From Thermoplasmatota archaeon (GTDB taxonomy: Archaea; Thermoplasmatota; E2; DHVEG-1; B18-G2): a DNA stretch of 64,000 bases. The position numbers were made by a program, and so were the translations under genes. The stretch lies in contig JAPDJO010000027.1 of the NCBI GenBank assembly GCA_029259115.1, positions 1 to 64,000 on the forward strand. The letters run 5' to 3'. Positions 39,537 to 50,252 of this stretch are shown piece after piece. Position 1 is the first letter of the stretch. The number at the start of each line of letters is the position of its first letter. The notes under the pieces are model-generated. The model made no database searches. It was not told the origin of the DNA and saw nothing but the letters and a program-made list of their open reading frames with translations.

Positions 39537-42323
39537 ATGGATATGATCAGAAGATGGTTAATCATAATGATAGTGCTCTTTCTGATCGGAGTTTCACACA
39601 TGAGTTTCCTATCCACATCTATATACAAGAGTGATGAGCTGGGTATATTCTTTGATTCGCTTGATGATGACTCTTTCATTGATGCATCCAAAAGTTATGG
39701 ATACAAGATAGAAAACGGATACGCAACCATAGACTTTGCAGAAACTTCTTATATATATGATTGCGCAAGTCAGGCTGATAAAATAGAGGTTTCCTACAGG
39801 AATAATACCCAGCCTTTGTTTATACTTAATTCTCTATTTGGTCCAGAAATCTTTGGCGAGAGGAATTTTTCGAATCTAGACAGTTTAAAAACCGTTGATG
39901 ATATATATTTCAAAACAGAGAGTAGCATACTTAATATAACTACTCCACTACAACACTACCGATTCAAAATAGATCAGGACTCGCAAAACGTATCCTCTTT
40001 GATTTTTGAATGGTTTGGTAGGTTTAGCGGGTATTCACTTCGCGTTTATGCGTGGGATTACTATGCTTTTAATGGAAAGGGTGCATGGAGATTCCAAGAA
40101 CAGATCTTTGAGGATTCTGACTATATTGGTATAGGAGATATGAACCCTTGTAGATTTGTCAGCAAAGATGGTTATGTAGATATAGTTCTCACGCCATGGC
40201 CCTACACCGAAAACAATACTTATCTTTGGACCGACTACATATCGCTTGAAGTAAGAGAAGTTACGAGAAAAAATGCGACCATTGTAACGAAACCTATAGA
40301 TCCTAGCAAGGTATGGATGTGGGAATACGTAGTGTGGGAAGAGAATCTGAGTGATGACACCTCCATAAAGGTTCAAGTTCTAGATGACAATGGTGAAATT
40401 TTAAGTGATGAAATTCTCGAAGGCAATAGCATTGGTTTCAAGGATAAGGTCATACCATTATATGGAATAGGTGGAAGAGATAGGATTCGTCTAAAATTTA
40501 TACTAGAAACAACAAATCCCGCATCGAATCCCAAATTACTATCATACATGGTTTTATGGCAAACAGACAGTAAAAAGTGGAAGGATGATCTATCTACTAA
40601 CTATAGATTGGAAAAGAAGACTGATACAAAAGTAGTGTCTAAATTAATCTACCTTCCAAAGGGATACTGGTGGAAGGAATTTCAAGCTAAAGTAAATCTT
40701 TCTGGTGGAGGAAAAGTTACCTTTGATATATTGAATGATAAGGGAGAAAATATCATTGGTGGCATAGAGGGTAAAAGCTCGATAGAGTATAATATTTCCA
40801 CGATATGTACAAGGAGTATAAAGTTACAAGCCAAGATTGAAAAAAACGGTAGTTTTATACCAAAAATTGAGGAATGGAGTATAACTTTCTCCAGAGAAAA
40901 GAACGAACCTATACTTAAGTATCCATCGATAATATATCTCAATAAAGGAGATTTAGAAAGAGGGAAAGTTGACATAGGGATATCTGCAAAAGATGATTTT
41001 CCCGGAATATGTCCAAGATCTGCCAAATTTAGATTAGAGTACATAGATAACCTAACTGGAATTAGATCATACTGGAGCGATTGGATTTCTGCAGAAGTAG
41101 ATGGGAAGGACTGTTCAAAAGATTGGGTAAACATTATAGCAAGAAATATACCTATTTTTTATGATGATTCTTTAAAAGATGTACTAAGCCTTGATGAAGA
41201 GTTAAATCTTACACTTTCCAGAGTACAGTTCAAAATCGAAGATATGGCAAGAAATGTCGCAGAAAGCGATGAGATAAAGATAGAAATAGATACAAATCCA
41301 CCCGACTCATGGATAACTACAAGCGTTGATCAATTGGGTTTCGAACATGGTTACGAAGATATAGAGATATCCGCGGATGCAGTCGATGACATATCGAATG
41401 TCAAAAGCGTAACCCTTTACTATCGGATATCTAAAAATAACACCAGCTTTTCAGATCTCAGAGAATACTCCTCTCTTCATGAGCCGCCGTGGACCTGGAC
41501 ATTTGTACCACCAGAGAGTGGTTATTACAAGTTCTTCACAGTGGCTGAAGATAATGCCGGAAATGTAGAGAGTATAAAAGATGGAGAACTGACTTTGCTT
41601 ATAGATATTAATGCTCCTGATAAACCAGATTTCGAAGATAAGATATATTGGATGAACAACTCAAAGATAGATTTTGTTGTGTTCTCTGATGATCTGAGTA
41701 TAGATAGTATAGAGTATAGAATAGGTGGTGAAGAATACTTTGAGTGGAAGGAAATAGCAGGATATGTTGATTCAGATATTTATGCTGAAGAATGGCAGAT
41801 TGACACTTGGGATTGGGAACAAATGGAGAATGGCAGGGTTTATCCTATCTATTTCAGAATAAGAGATATAGTTGGAAATGAGTATGTAACACCAAATGAT
41901 GGAGAAGCTCTCAAGATAGCTAAAGATACTCTTCCACCATATCCATCAATAGAGACCTTAAAGTTATGGCAGTCAAAGATACCTGTGGAGATATCTACTT
42001 ATATTTCCAACCCCAATGGTAGCGAGATATCCAAAGCTATACTCCTGTATAGATACTCGCCAGATAAAAAGGATTGGAGTGAATGGAAGGAATACAATGA
42101 AACCGTATTTTCAGGATGGCACACTTGGCTATTTGATCCAGAGGAAGGAGATGGATATTATGAAGTAAGATTGAGAGCTTATGATTCAGCTGGGAACTTT
42201 GCTGACTCTGATATTATCAGCTTCGGTCTGACTGTGTTTCCAGAGAAGGAGATGATTTCTCTGGTATCAATATTTGTGATCTTCTTAATAGTTTCAGCAT
42301 TCGTTACTAGAAAATGGGACTAG
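39537..42323 (+). CDS. Large membrane-anchored surface protein with Ig-like repeats
   Basis: Signal peptide; repeats D..PP...LYYR.S...GYY....AEDNAGN(VES) shared with the giant protein; C-terminal TM. Confidence 0.75.
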   Translation: MDMIRRWLIIMIVLFLIGVSHMSFLSTSIYKSDELGIFFDSLDDDSFIDASKSYGYKIENGYATIDFAETSYIYDCASQADKIEVSYRNNTQPLFILNSLFGPEIFGERNFSNLDSLKTVDDIYFKTESSILNITTPLQHYRFKIDQDSQNVSSLIFEWFGRFSGYSLRVYAWDYYAFNGKGAWRFQEQIFEDSDYIGIGDMNPCRFVSKDGYVDIVLTPWPYTENNTYLWTDYISLEVREVTRKNATIVTKPIDPSKVWMWEYVVWEENLSDDTSIKVQVLDDNGEILSDEILEGNSIGFKDKVIPLYGIGGRDRIRLKFILETTNPASNPKLLSYMVLWQTDSKKWKDDLSTNYRLEKKTDTKVVSKLIYLPKGYWWKEFQAKVNLSGGGKVTFDILNDKGENIIGGIEGKSSIEYNISTICTRSIKLQAKIEKNGSFIPKIEEWSITFSREKNEPILKYPSIIYLNKGDLERGKVDIGISAKDDFPGICPRSAKFRLEYIDNLTGIRSYWSDWISAEVDGKDCSKDWVNIIARNIPIFYDDSLKDVLSLDEELNLTLSRVQFKIEDMARNVAESDEIKIEIDTNPPDSWITTSVDQLGFEHGYEDIEISADAVDDISNVKSVTLYYRISKNNTSFSDLREYSSLHEPPWTWTFVPPESGYYKFFTVAEDNAGNVESIKDGELTLLIDINAPDKPDFEDKIYWMNNSKIDFVVFSDDLSIDSIEYRIGGEEYFEWKEIAGYVDSDIYAEEWQIDTWDWEQMENGRVYPIYFRIRDIVGNEYVTPNDGEALKIAKDTLPPYPSIETLKLWQSKIPVEISTYISNPNGSEISKAILLYRYSPDKKDWSEWKEYNETVFSGWHTWLFDPEEGDGYYEVRLRAYDSAGNFADSDIISFGLTVFPEKEMISLVSIFVIFLIVSAFVTRKWD

Positions 42324-43084
42324 CCTATATAACTGAGATCTTCTTTGCTTTTTCTCAAACCCTCTTCTAGACTTCTCAATTGTTGAGCTATCAGCTCTAT
42401 CTCTTTAGCTTTCCTTTCTAACTCTGTAAGATCAACGTCGATGTTTAACGCTTTACTAAGCACAACCAAAACAGCCTTTGCGCTTTTTGGATCCACAAGA
42501 TAACCAGGAGTTTCTCCCATTAAACAAACCCCTTCAATTCCATACAGTTTACCTAGACCGAGCAACAAACCACTGGCACCTATGATTCCTCCGCCTGGCT
42601 CATTCTCTCTGAATACAACTCCATATTTTTTCATTTTACTTACTAGTTTTTTGGAGGTAGCAGCCCCAAGTACGTGAGGTTCCTTTACTTCTCTTCCCAA
42701 TCCATATCCTCCCAGAGTGAAGATCTGTTTCACATTGTAGTCTCTTGCTATCTTTAATATAGAATCTGCCAGTTCGTATTGACCACTTGAAGATAATCCC
42801 TGATAGTCTCCAGTTAATAATATCAGGTCTCTTTGGTTTCTAGATTTTGCCTTCCAGTAATAGAGTTCGTTGTTTACTAACTTAATAGTTCCATCAGAAT
42901 TTATGAAGACCTGCGGAGGAAAGTCTTTACTATAAATCTCCACAAATTTTTTTGCACCTATATTCTCTATTAAGTGTTCAACGGCAAGTTTGCCAACATT
43001 ACCTATTCCAGGTAAGCCTTCGATCAGTATAGGATTTTTCAACGAGGGTTTTCTCCCCACGAACTTGATAACTATCTCCTCCAT
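42320..43084 (-). CDS. PAC2-family proteasome assembly chaperone
   Basis: LIEGLPGIGNVGK, FPPQV, TLGG, GIIGASGLL and GETPGYLVDP. Confidence 0.92.
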   Translation of the reverse strand: MEEIVIKFVGRKPSLKNPILIEGLPGIGNVGKLAVEHLIENIGAKKFVEIYSKDFPPQVFINSDGTIKLVNNELYYWKAKSRNQRDLILLTGDYQGLSSSGQYELADSILKIARDYNVKQIFTLGGYGLGREVKEPHVLGAATSKKLVSKMKKYGVVFRENEPGGGIIGASGLLLGLGKLYGIEGVCLMGETPGYLVDPKSAKAVLVVLSKALNIDVDLTELERKAKEIELIAQQLRSLEEGLRKSKEDLSYIG

Positions 43085-43255
43085 TTAGATCAAACCTCTT
43101 TCCATCTTTTTGAGATACCTCCTGTATTTCCCATATCTATCCTGAGGAGAGAACTTCGGCGGTTTTTTAATTATAGTTTCTTTTCCGCAGATTCTGCATT
43201 TCTCCTTCATAGTATATATTTTACAATAATTACAGTATCTAATTGTTGATCTCAT
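43085..43255 (-). CDS. nop10: H/ACA RNP protein Nop10
   Basis: C..C..YTMKEKC..CG...PPKFSPQDRYGKYR; ATG 43255 overlaps the aIF2alpha stop. Confidence 0.93.
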   Translation of the reverse strand: MRSTIRYCNYCKIYTMKEKCRICGKETIIKKPPKFSPQDRYGKYRRYLKKMERGLI

Positions 43256-44046
43256 TTCTTCTCCAGCTCTCTCATAAACTCGCATTCACCCTCATGATTC
43301 TTGATATATTTCTCTGCCCTCTCAATAGCTTTCTTCAGTTCTTCCTCAGCCACTTTATAATCTGGAGCTTTAACAACTATATTGTAGATGGGAGCTCCCC
43401 TATAGGTAACTTCTATATTAACATCCTCGTACTCGCTCTTTTCAGCCAACTGCAAGGCTTTTCTAACATGTTCAACCCCATCGGGTTTAAGGGATTTTAT
43501 CTTGATATAACCTCTTATAGTAACGAATGGTATCTGTATATTTTCTCTTGCAACTTCCTCAAAGTATTTGAACCATTCTCCAGAGAATCCATCCTTCTTT
43601 AGAGTTTCTGGATCATAAGCACATTCCTCAAATGCTGCATAAAGAGAACCATACTTTTCTATTAATCTTTCAGCAAAATCCTTGTAACAATCCTCGACCT
43701 TCTTACCCATCTTCTCAGCAACTATTTCTAATAATTTTCTAGCCTTCTGCTCGTTTTTCCATTCCTGTATCTTTTCTCTTCTCTGATGTTCATTTACTCT
43801 TTTCAATGAAACGTCAATATGTCCTCTGGATCTATCAACATGCATAACTTTGCAAACAATCCTTTGATTTTCCTTTATGTGATCTCTTATTCTTTTTATC
43901 CAACCAGGTGCCACCTCAGATATATGAATAAAAGCTTCCTTACCAGGATATTCCTCAAGCTCAACGAATGCACCAAAATTCTGGATATTCTTCACTCTAC
44001 ATACAACAAGATCTCCCTCTTCTGGAAACTCATCTTTTTTAAACAT
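43252..44046 (-). CDS. eif2a: Translation initiation factor aIF2 alpha
   Basis: PEEGDLV S1 domain, HISEVAPGW, IDVSLKRV and GAPIY. Confidence 0.97.
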   Translation of the reverse strand: MFKKDEFPEEGDLVVCRVKNIQNFGAFVELEEYPGKEAFIHISEVAPGWIKRIRDHIKENQRIVCKVMHVDRSRGHIDVSLKRVNEHQRREKIQEWKNEQKARKLLEIVAEKMGKKVEDCYKDFAERLIEKYGSLYAAFEECAYDPETLKKDGFSGEWFKYFEEVARENIQIPFVTIRGYIKIKSLKPDGVEHVRKALQLAEKSEYEDVNIEVTYRGAPIYNIVVKAPDYKVAEEELKKAIERAEKYIKNHEGECEFMRELEKK

Positions 44047-44048
44047 AA

Positions 44049-44222
44049 TTACTCTAATATCTCCAAAATTTCCCCTTTTATTTCTGCTTTGCCTCCTCTG
44101 GGTTCAGCAAGGGTTGCACCACATATATGACAAGTAACAACTCTAGATGCCCTATCAAATAGCACCTGCTCATTTCCGCAATCTTTACATCTGACCCTTA
44201 TAAATTTGCTTCTCGTCTCCAT
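44049..44222 (-). CDS. rps27e: 30S ribosomal protein S27e (57 aa, not in ORF track)
   Basis: METRSKFIRVRCKDCGNEQVLFDRASRVVTCHICGATLAEPRGGKA. Confidence 0.95.
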   Translation of the reverse strand: METRSKFIRVRCKDCGNEQVLFDRASRVVTCHICGATLAEPRGGKAEIKGEILEILE

Positions 44223-44225
44223 GAT

Positions 44226-44507
44226 CTAAGCCTCCTCCAACTCCAATTTCTTCGCTCTCACGGTTGGCGCATGATGTCTTTTTCCACATTCTGTACATTT
44301 ATATCTTATGGCTAATCTCCTCGTAGGCTTCTCTCTATCCTTAGGCTTTGGTCTCGGAAATCCTCCATAACCTCTGGTTACTCTTCTGAATCTTCTCTGA
44401 CCTGCCTTGAGTTCGCTGGCCTTACTCTTCTTCACCTTTTCTATCTCGTGAATCGTATGTTTCTTACAGTATGGGCAATATCTCTTTATCTTCTTTGGTA
44501 ATTTCAT
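44226..44507 (-). CDS. rpl44e: 50S ribosomal protein L44e
   Basis: [22 protein letters not shown] and CTECGK. Confidence 0.97.
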   Translation of the reverse strand: MKLPKKIKRYCPYCKKHTIHEIEKVKKSKASELKAGQRRFRRVTRGYGGFPRPKPKDREKPTRRLAIRYKCTECGKRHHAPTVRAKKLELEEA

Positions 44508-44762
44508 ATCGATCCTTCCCTTAAATCGTAAAGGGGTAAATATTGATTAGGTATAAAAAGGTAGTTGTTGGATTAGATGGTGAAAGTTATATAGTTTTGT
44601 GGAGTATTCTCTTAATCCACCAGATTAATCCAGAGATTAGGTAATCGTATAGAGAAAAGATGAAAGATGATCTGCCTTGGACAAGAGCGGAAGTTTTTAT
44701 TATTCGAAAGATCTGCCCCATACAAGGTTGGTATGATGCTTTTTCAATCGAACGATTGCTCT

Positions 44763-45200
44763 CTACTTTTTGATGTGACAATAAAAGTGGAAGAGAATTA
44801 AAACTAAACCCATGGATCCAAGCAATAACCCTCCTATAACTTCACGTAGGTAGAGCGGATGATAACTTCCAATGGAGATTTTACCAATAACAAAATATAG
44901 CTGGTAAAGAAAAATCCCTACAAGTATAAAACTTCCCACCAAACCAGTGTAGATCGAAGCTTTATTTGTTCTGAATTTCAAGAAGGTGTAGACGAGTAGC
45001 AATCCCCCCATCATCAGGAAAATGGAACCAATCCACATAGAATTCACATCGATTACATAAGTGACAATTGTTCCATCTGTAGAGTTAATGTTAGGATAAA
45101 TAGAAAGAAATATCAAAAAGATTACATTTCTTGTAGCACGATACAACATGATTGATCCCACAATTAGACAGAGATTCCTCAGGATGCTCCACCTATTCAT
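44763..45200 (-). CDS. Hypothetical 4-TM membrane protein
   Basis: ORF with four hydrophobic segments; no recognisable motif; start uncertain (45200-45209). Confidence 0.5.
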   Translation of the reverse strand: MNRWSILRNLCLIVGSIMLYRATRNVIFLIFLSIYPNINSTDGTIVTYVIDVNSMWIGSIFLMMGGLLLVYTFLKFRTNKASIYTGLVGSFILVGIFLYQLYFVIGKISIGSYHPLYLREVIGGLLLGSMGLVLILFHFYCHIKK

Positions 45201-45358
45201 TTTTAACACATCTCCGCTTTAATGATAGCAAACAGTTTCCTTCTTCCAATTTCAAAATACTTTTTCTAGGTAGTCTGACCATCTGCATATATGGACCAAT
45301 CATGCCGACACCCTCTTGCCATCTTTCTTCCTATATAGAGGGGTGATGCTGAATAAGC

Positions 45359-45928
45359 CTAAACCACTCTCTCAACCACGCCCTTCCTTTCTAGGATGTT
45401 AAATAGTTCTTCAGATAAGGATATGAGATCGTCCTTTCTGAGATGATATTTTTTCATATCAGGACCAACAAATCTAGGTATATCTTCTTTTACTAACGCA
45501 AGGATTCTCTTCTCTTTCTTCTCCTGCACTATTGCTTCCTCTTTTTCCTTACCTTCTAAGATAATTTTTCTATAACTCTCCAAGCACTTCAATATATCAT
45601 CAAACAACTTCCTCTCATTATCTAAGAACAATCTAGTATCAGGTTTTCCTCCTCTTATCTTGGAGAGAGCTGCAAGAACAACCTTTTTCTCTCTAATTTC
45701 ATAGATCTCTTTGAGAATCTGTTTTGCGCTTCTTAGCTCATCCTCCACGAGTTTTCTTTTATGCTCATCTCCCTCTGAGTTCATTTTTTTCTCTAGTTTT
45801 TCTACGTATTCTTTGGCCTTCTTATAGAAATCTGGATTTATTTCCGTTATACTTGGGCTCTTTTTCTCAGTTTGATGCGCAACCCTAAGATCTCTGTAAC
45901 TTATCTCATCATCCAAAGTGCTCCCCAT
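45359..45928 (-). CDS. GINS complex protein (Gins51/Gins15)
   Basis: EIYEIREKKVV helical A domain plus DIPRFVGPDMKKY B domain; downstream of priS. Confidence 0.88.
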   Translation of the reverse strand: MGSTLDDEISYRDLRVAHQTEKKSPSITEINPDFYKKAKEYVEKLEKKMNSEGDEHKRKLVEDELRSAKQILKEIYEIREKKVVLAALSKIRGGKPDTRLFLDNERKLFDDILKCLESYRKIILEGKEKEEAIVQEKKEKRILALVKEDIPRFVGPDMKKYHLRKDDLISLSEELFNILERKGVVERVV

Positions 45929-45942
45929 TTTAAAATTCTATC

Positions 45943-47112
45943 TCAGTTGATAATCTTTGCTATATCCCTTCCGACTAAGAATACAGCAAGGTATTCAGGA
46001 ACTTTACTTAATCCCCTATCTAGGTTAAACTCTTCTCCTTTCATTTTTATTCTGAATTTTTCTCTTAACTTAACTTTCACAATATCATCAGAAAAGACAA
46101 CAGCATCATATAGAGGGTCAAAATCCTCTAGTTTATCAATATCTATCTGGCAAACCTTCAAACCCGTTTTTCCATGCAGAGAAGAAGGTAATCTTATCAA
46201 TCTTTTGATATCACACGTTACAGGTTCATCTGTTTCTCCAGATACAGACGATATAGCTATTTTCCTAACTGCTGCCCTAAGAAAAAATCTTCTTATGAAT
46301 TTGGATTGATCTATCAAACCTTTTTCTATACGTCGTATCCTATCTCTTGTCAACTCTCTCCTTAATCTCTCTATATCCTTTCTCTTTATACCTAAATTGA
46401 TAAGAGATTCAACAAAATCTTCATCCTCTATCTTTTTCACCAACTCCATGATACCTCTTCCCACCCTACCGCGCCAGCCTGGCTCACTTGGTTTAGGTAT
46501 CTCGAGCCTAGTTACTCCTCTAGATCTAACACTGGATGTTTCAACTATCCTCTTTACGAATATGCTATCCTCATCGAGATCATTTCCTATGATATAATCT
46601 ACGATTTCTCTTCTCTGAGAGCTGTCCAAGAATAAAACTTTTGGATCCAGCACATGACAATGATAGCCTCTTCCTCCACTAAAGTAAAGTTTGATATACT
46701 TCTTTTCAAAGCCAAAATCGTCCATGAGGAATTCATAGACTAATCTTGAAAATTCCTCTTTAACTGCCTCTAATCCTTCTTCGTAACTTTTGATTTTTTT
46801 CTTTTCTAGATGATCTAAATCTAGATCAAAGATGAGTTCGGCTCCCATCCACCCTTTTTCTTCCATGGTTGGTGCCCCTGGATTTTGGTAGAAAGCAGAA
46901 GAATAATATGCATGAGCGGGAACCATATCTAAGATGAATTTCAAAAAATCCTCTCTTTTCTTGAAGGATAAATGTCTCTTCATCAGCTTAGCGCCAAACG
47001 GCATGAATGCAAATTCCCTCTTCCCAAACCTTTCTGGGAGTTCGATCTTTTCTTTACTGTAGTATTCTCTGAATTTTTCCTTTAGAAACGATATAGAATT
47101 GTCAAACTCCAT
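45943..47112 (-). CDS. priS: DNA primase catalytic subunit
   Basis: REFAF, AELIFDLD, FSGGRGYH and RLIRLPSSLHGKTG. Confidence 0.96.
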   Translation of the reverse strand: MEFDNSISFLKEKFREYYSKEKIELPERFGKREFAFMPFGAKLMKRHLSFKKREDFLKFILDMVPAHAYYSSAFYQNPGAPTMEEKGWMGAELIFDLDLDHLEKKKIKSYEEGLEAVKEEFSRLVYEFLMDDFGFEKKYIKLYFSGGRGYHCHVLDPKVLFLDSSQRREIVDYIIGNDLDEDSIFVKRIVETSSVRSRGVTRLEIPKPSEPGWRGRVGRGIMELVKKIEDEDFVESLINLGIKRKDIERLRRELTRDRIRRIEKGLIDQSKFIRRFFLRAAVRKIAISSVSGETDEPVTCDIKRLIRLPSSLHGKTGLKVCQIDIDKLEDFDPLYDAVVFSDDIVKVKLREKFRIKMKGEEFNLDRGLSKVPEYLAVFLVGRDIAKIIN

Positions 47113-47177
47113 TTGAGATGTATTAACACTAACAAAAATTTATAAGTTTGGACTAGATAAACCAGCGAGGGATAAGA

Positions 47178-47585
47178 ATGGAAGAAGACGCAGGCACATA
47201 CCTAGCTATAATCGATGCATATAGAGAACAGCTGGAAGCCATTGAAGCGCAGAGCGCATACATACAGGCTCTGATAAATGACTATCTAAAGGCTAAACTA
47301 ACCATAGAGAATCTAGAAAAACAGGGAAAGGGAGAAGTTCTGTTACCTATAGGTGGAGGTGTTTTTGTTCCTGCAAAGTGTGATAAGATATCGGAAGTTC
47401 TGGTTTCTGAGGGAGCTGATATAGTAATAAAGAAAGACTTGAAAGGTGCAAAGGATAGTCTGGACAAAAGAATAAAGGATCTCCAAGATAGTTTAACAAA
47501 GTTGGGAGAAACTTATCAAAAGATACAGAGCAAGATAGAGGAACTTTCTCAGAAAGTTAGAGAGGCTATGGAGAAGAAGGGTTAG
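47178..47585 (+). CDS. pfdA: Prefoldin alpha subunit
   Basis: Coiled coils flanking EVLLPIGGGVFV...VLVSEGAD; adjacent to ftsY. Confidence 0.9.
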   Translation: MEEDAGTYLAIIDAYREQLEAIEAQSAYIQALINDYLKAKLTIENLEKQGKGEVLLPIGGGVFVPAKCDKISEVLVSEGADIVIKKDLKGAKDSLDKRIKDLQDSLTKLGETYQKIQSKIEELSQKVREAMEKKG

Positions 47586-47588
47586 AGT

Positions 47589-48638
47589 ATGTTCAAGTTT
47601 CTGAAAAGAAGTCTGAAAAAGATAGAGGAGGAGATAGAGGAGGAAATTGAAAAGGAATTAGAAAAGGAGATTTCTGAGGAGAGAGCAGAAGAAGAGAAAG
47701 AGATTGAAGAAAAGATAGAGGAGGAGATAAAAAGAGTTGTTGAAACAAGAAAGGAAATAGTAAAATCTGTGAAGATTGAAAAGCCAACAAAGAAGATAAC
47801 TATAAGCGATGAGAAAATAGATGAGATTCTGTGGGACTTGGAGATGAGTTTATTAGAAGCTGATGTAGCCTTGTCTGTTGCAGAATCTATAAAGGAACAT
47901 GTAAAAGAAGAACTAAAATCCTTACCTCTTGATAAATCCAAGCTTAGTGAAAACATAAGAGATGCTCTGAAGAGTGCAATTTCTCACATACTCAAATCGA
48001 GCTCTGGAGATTTCTCCCGAGTGATAAACACAGAGAAAAAGCCCTTTGTTATAATGTTTGTTGGAGTGAATGGATCTGGAAAAACAACAGCTATAGCAAA
48101 ACTTGCTCATTATCTTAAGAAACATGGAAAAAGCGTAGTCATAGCGGCTGCAGACACATTCAGAGCTGGAGCAATAGAACAGCTAGAGGAGCATGCAAAG
48201 AGATTGGATGTAAAACTGATAAAACATGGATTTGGAGCTGATCCTGCAGCTGTAGCTTACGATGCAATAGAGCATGCCAAGGCAAAACACAAGGATTTTG
48301 TTTTAATCGATACCGCAGGTAGAATGCAGACTAATGTTAATCTGATGGATGAGATGGCAAAGATAAAAAGAGTTGCAAAACCGGATTTGGTGATATTTGT
48401 CGGGGATGCCCTTGCTGGAAATGATGCTGTAGAACAAGCTAAAAAGTTCGATGAGGTTGTGGGTGTAGATGGAATAATTCTAACCAAGGTGGATGCCGAT
48501 GCAAAAGGAGGTTCGGCATTATCCATAGCATATACTATAGGTAAGCCCCTCCTGTTTATAGGAGTAGGACAAGGTTATGATGACCAAATACCTTTTGACC
48601 CAGATTGGATGATAGAGAAGATATTTGGAGAAGATTAG
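47589..48638 (+). CDS. ftsY: SRP receptor FtsY
   Basis: Acidic N-terminus, [21 protein letters not shown] and [10 protein letters not shown]. Confidence 0.97.
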   Translation: MFKFLKRSLKKIEEEIEEEIEKELEKEISEERAEEEKEIEEKIEEEIKRVVETRKEIVKSVKIEKPTKKITISDEKIDEILWDLEMSLLEADVALSVAESIKEHVKEELKSLPLDKSKLSENIRDALKSAISHILKSSSGDFSRVINTEKKPFVIMFVGVNGSGKTTAIAKLAHYLKKHGKSVVIAAADTFRAGAIEQLEEHAKRLDVKLIKHGFGADPAAVAYDAIEHAKAKHKDFVLIDTAGRMQTNVNLMDEMAKIKRVAKPDLVIFVGDALAGNDAVEQAKKFDEVVGVDGIILTKVDADAKGGSALSIAYTIGKPLLFIGVGQGYDDQIPFDPDWMIEKIFGED

Positions 48639-49030
48639 ACTAGTTTGAATCTCTTATTTTTCCATGTTATGATCTCGATACCTTCCTTTCTTAGTTTATT
48701 TATAAGTTCTTTATCAAGGGTTGCAACAGCTGCATCAAATTTTTTAGCCAACATTATTAGATCTTTATCCACATTTTCTTCGTCTTCACTTTCTATGATT
48801 TTAAAACCTATACTGTCAATATAATCTATCGCTGCCTTTGCTAACCTTCGCTTTGAACCTTTAGATAAAGAATATAATTTTCCCAACTCCCTCAACACAG
48901 ATCTCGGCACAAGGAGCTCTGCTTTGCCTATTTCTGCGGATATCTCATCGCGAATATCAATTTTTTTCTCGAAAATCGATATCAAAACACTCGTATCTAA
49001 AATAACTATTCTATTTCTCGATGATTCCAT
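48635..49030 (-). CDS. PIN-domain protein (Fcf1/Utp24-like)
   Basis: ILDTSVL, SVLREL, VDKDL and ATLDKEL; canonical position after aIF2gamma. Confidence 0.88.
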   Translation of the reverse strand: MESSRNRIVILDTSVLISIFEKKIDIRDEISAEIGKAELLVPRSVLRELGKLYSLSKGSKRRLAKAAIDYIDSIGFKIIESEDEENVDKDLIMLAKKFDAAVATLDKELINKLRKEGIEIITWKNKRFKLV

Positions 49031-50252
49031 AACCTATTAGTCTCCATCTTCCTTCCACTCTTCTGCTTATAGCTACCTGCTGACCATCGAAGCAACAGAC
49101 AGGTATCTTTAAATCTATGACAGCTACATCAGAGTATGCCTCTTTAGTTATACCAACAGTAGTAGCAGTACCAACCGTTAACATTAGAGGTTCTTGAGCT
49201 TTCAGTGGTTCTACTTTCTTTTCATCAATAGTACCTACAGCCTTCTCAAGTAGATGTACTTTCAATTTCAATCTCTCACTCGGCTCAGGAAGAGAATCTG
49301 GTTTTCCAACGACCTTTCCAACGAATGCGTCCGATTTTGTCATAGCTGGATCGAGTTTTGTGCCTATAGCCAATAGCCCTCCCGGTCCAGCTTCATCTAC
49401 AAATCTACCACCGGTCATTATCGATGTTATCTCTGTTGTTATCCTTCTCCACTCCTTTCTACCATGCGATTCCACTATTCTTCCTGGAGAAACTTCTATT
49501 TCTTCACCAACCTTGAATCTTCCCTGAAGTAGAGATCCTCCAATTACTCCGCCTTTTAGATCCTTAGGTCGAGAGCCTGGCTTATTGATATCAAAACTTC
49601 TAGCAACATACATCAAAGGATCTTTTGATAGATCTCTCTCTGGAGTAGGTATTTTCTCCTCTATAGCCTTTATCAAGACATCTATATTAATATCATGATG
49701 AGCGCTTATTGGAATGATTGGTGCATCCTCTGCACATGTTCCTTTTACAAACTCCTTTATTTGTTCATAATGCTTTAGAGCCTGCTTCTCGGAAACCAGA
49801 TCTATCTTATTCTGAACTATAACTATATTCTTTATTCCAGCTATCTCCATAGCCATAAGGTGCTCTCTTGTCTGAGGTTGTGGACAAGGTTCATTTGCCG
49901 CTATAAGGAGAACGGCTCCATCCATCAAAGAAGCTCCAGATAACATCACTGCCATGAGAGTTTCATGACCTGGGGCATCAAGAAAAGATACAGCTCTGAG
50001 GAGTTCTGTTTTGCTACCGCAGTAAGGACATGTCTCTTTAGTTGTGTAGCATTGGGGCTCTGGACAACTTGGACATTTGTAGAATGCAGTATCTGCGTAA
50101 CCTAGTTTTATGGATATTCCTCTCTTTATTTCTTCAGAGTGTTCATCTGTCCATTTTCCTGTTAATCTCTGTGTTAAAGTGGTTTTCCCATGATCGACAT
50201 GACCTATCATTCCTATGTTAACTTCTGGTTGCTTAGGAAGAGGTTTGCTCAC
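49011..50252 (-). CDS. eif2g: Translation initiation factor aIF2 gamma
   Basis: [28 protein letters not shown] and WRLIG; likely GTG start at 50252. Confidence 0.97.
   Translation of the reverse strand: MSKPLPKQPEVNIGMIGHVDHGKTTLTQRLTGKWTDEHSEEIKRGISIKLGYADTAFYKCPSCPEPQCYTTKETCPYCGSKTELLRAVSFLDAPGHETLMAVMLSGASLMDGAVLLIAANEPCPQPQTREHLMAMEIAGIKNIVIVQNKIDLVSEKQALKHYEQIKEFVKGTCAEDAPIIPISAHHDINIDVLIKAIEEKIPTPERDLSKDPLMYVARSFDINKPGSRPKDLKGGVIGGSLLQGRFKVGEEIEVSPGRIVESHGRKEWRRITTEITSIMTGGRFVDEAGPGGLLAIGTKLDPAMTKSDAFVGKVVGKPDSLPEPSERLKLKVHLLEKAVGTIDEKKVEPLKAQEPLMLTVGTATTVGITKEAYSDVAVIDLKIPVCCFDGQQVAISRRVEGRWRLIGYGIIEK

Noticed and set aside
44587-44781. 64-aa ORF upstream of rpl44e
   Set aside because: No SD or motif, and it overlaps the adjacent ORF; probably spurious.
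47589-47790. Purine-rich GAG/GAA low-complexity tract
   Set aside because: It encodes the normal acidic N-terminal region of FtsY.
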